Shown one piece after another: positions 63,985 to 64,000 of a DNA stretch of 64,000 nucleotides (positions are counted from its first letter, which is position 1; each line of letters starts with the position of its first letter). The notes under the pieces are model-generated. The model made no database searches, was not told where the DNA came from, and worked only from the letters and a program-made list of their open reading frames with translations. Position numbers and translations under genes: made by a program. This DNA comes from Amphiscolops sp. MND2022 (lineage: Eukaryota): NCBI GenBank assembly GCA_964187785.1, contig OZ076409.1, positions 80,354,001-80,418,000 on the forward strand. Direction: 5' to 3'.

Positions 63985-64000
63985 TTTTTAGTCGGCGCTT
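63985..64000 (+). mobile_element. 5' terminus of another HINE copy (continues beyond window)
   Basis: TTTTTAGTCGGCGCTT is the reverse complement of the AAGCGCCGACTAAAAA terminus of copies B, C and D. Confidence 0.6.

Overview
AT-rich eukaryotic (animal-like, spliceosomal-intron) genomic DNA dominated by transposons. (1) 1-11083: a decayed Ty3/Gypsy LTR retrotransposon on the minus strand (gag, A_AAA_AAC -1 frameshift site, PR-RT-RH-IN). Its gag starts inside the 5' LTR, and the PBS lies in-frame within gag. Downstream of pol there is no 3' LTR; instead there is a convergent, multi-intron, zinc-finger-motif gene (22-3976, +) that looks like antisense cargo of the element. (2) A 2247-bp solo LTR of a related family (18649-20895, CCCAG TSD). 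(3) At least eight copies or ends of a Helentron/DINE-1-like (HINE) repeat family, several nested. (4) A 7-exon host gene on the minus strand (34573-23324, ~878 aa, low-complexity plus coiled coil, not recognised). (5) A near-intact non-LTR retrotransposon (CR1/L2-group-like; APE+RT ORF2 of 937 aa). (6) A 1.87-kb gag-only LTR element. (7) An internally deleted Tc1/mariner element. All calls come from manual reading; no database search was possible.
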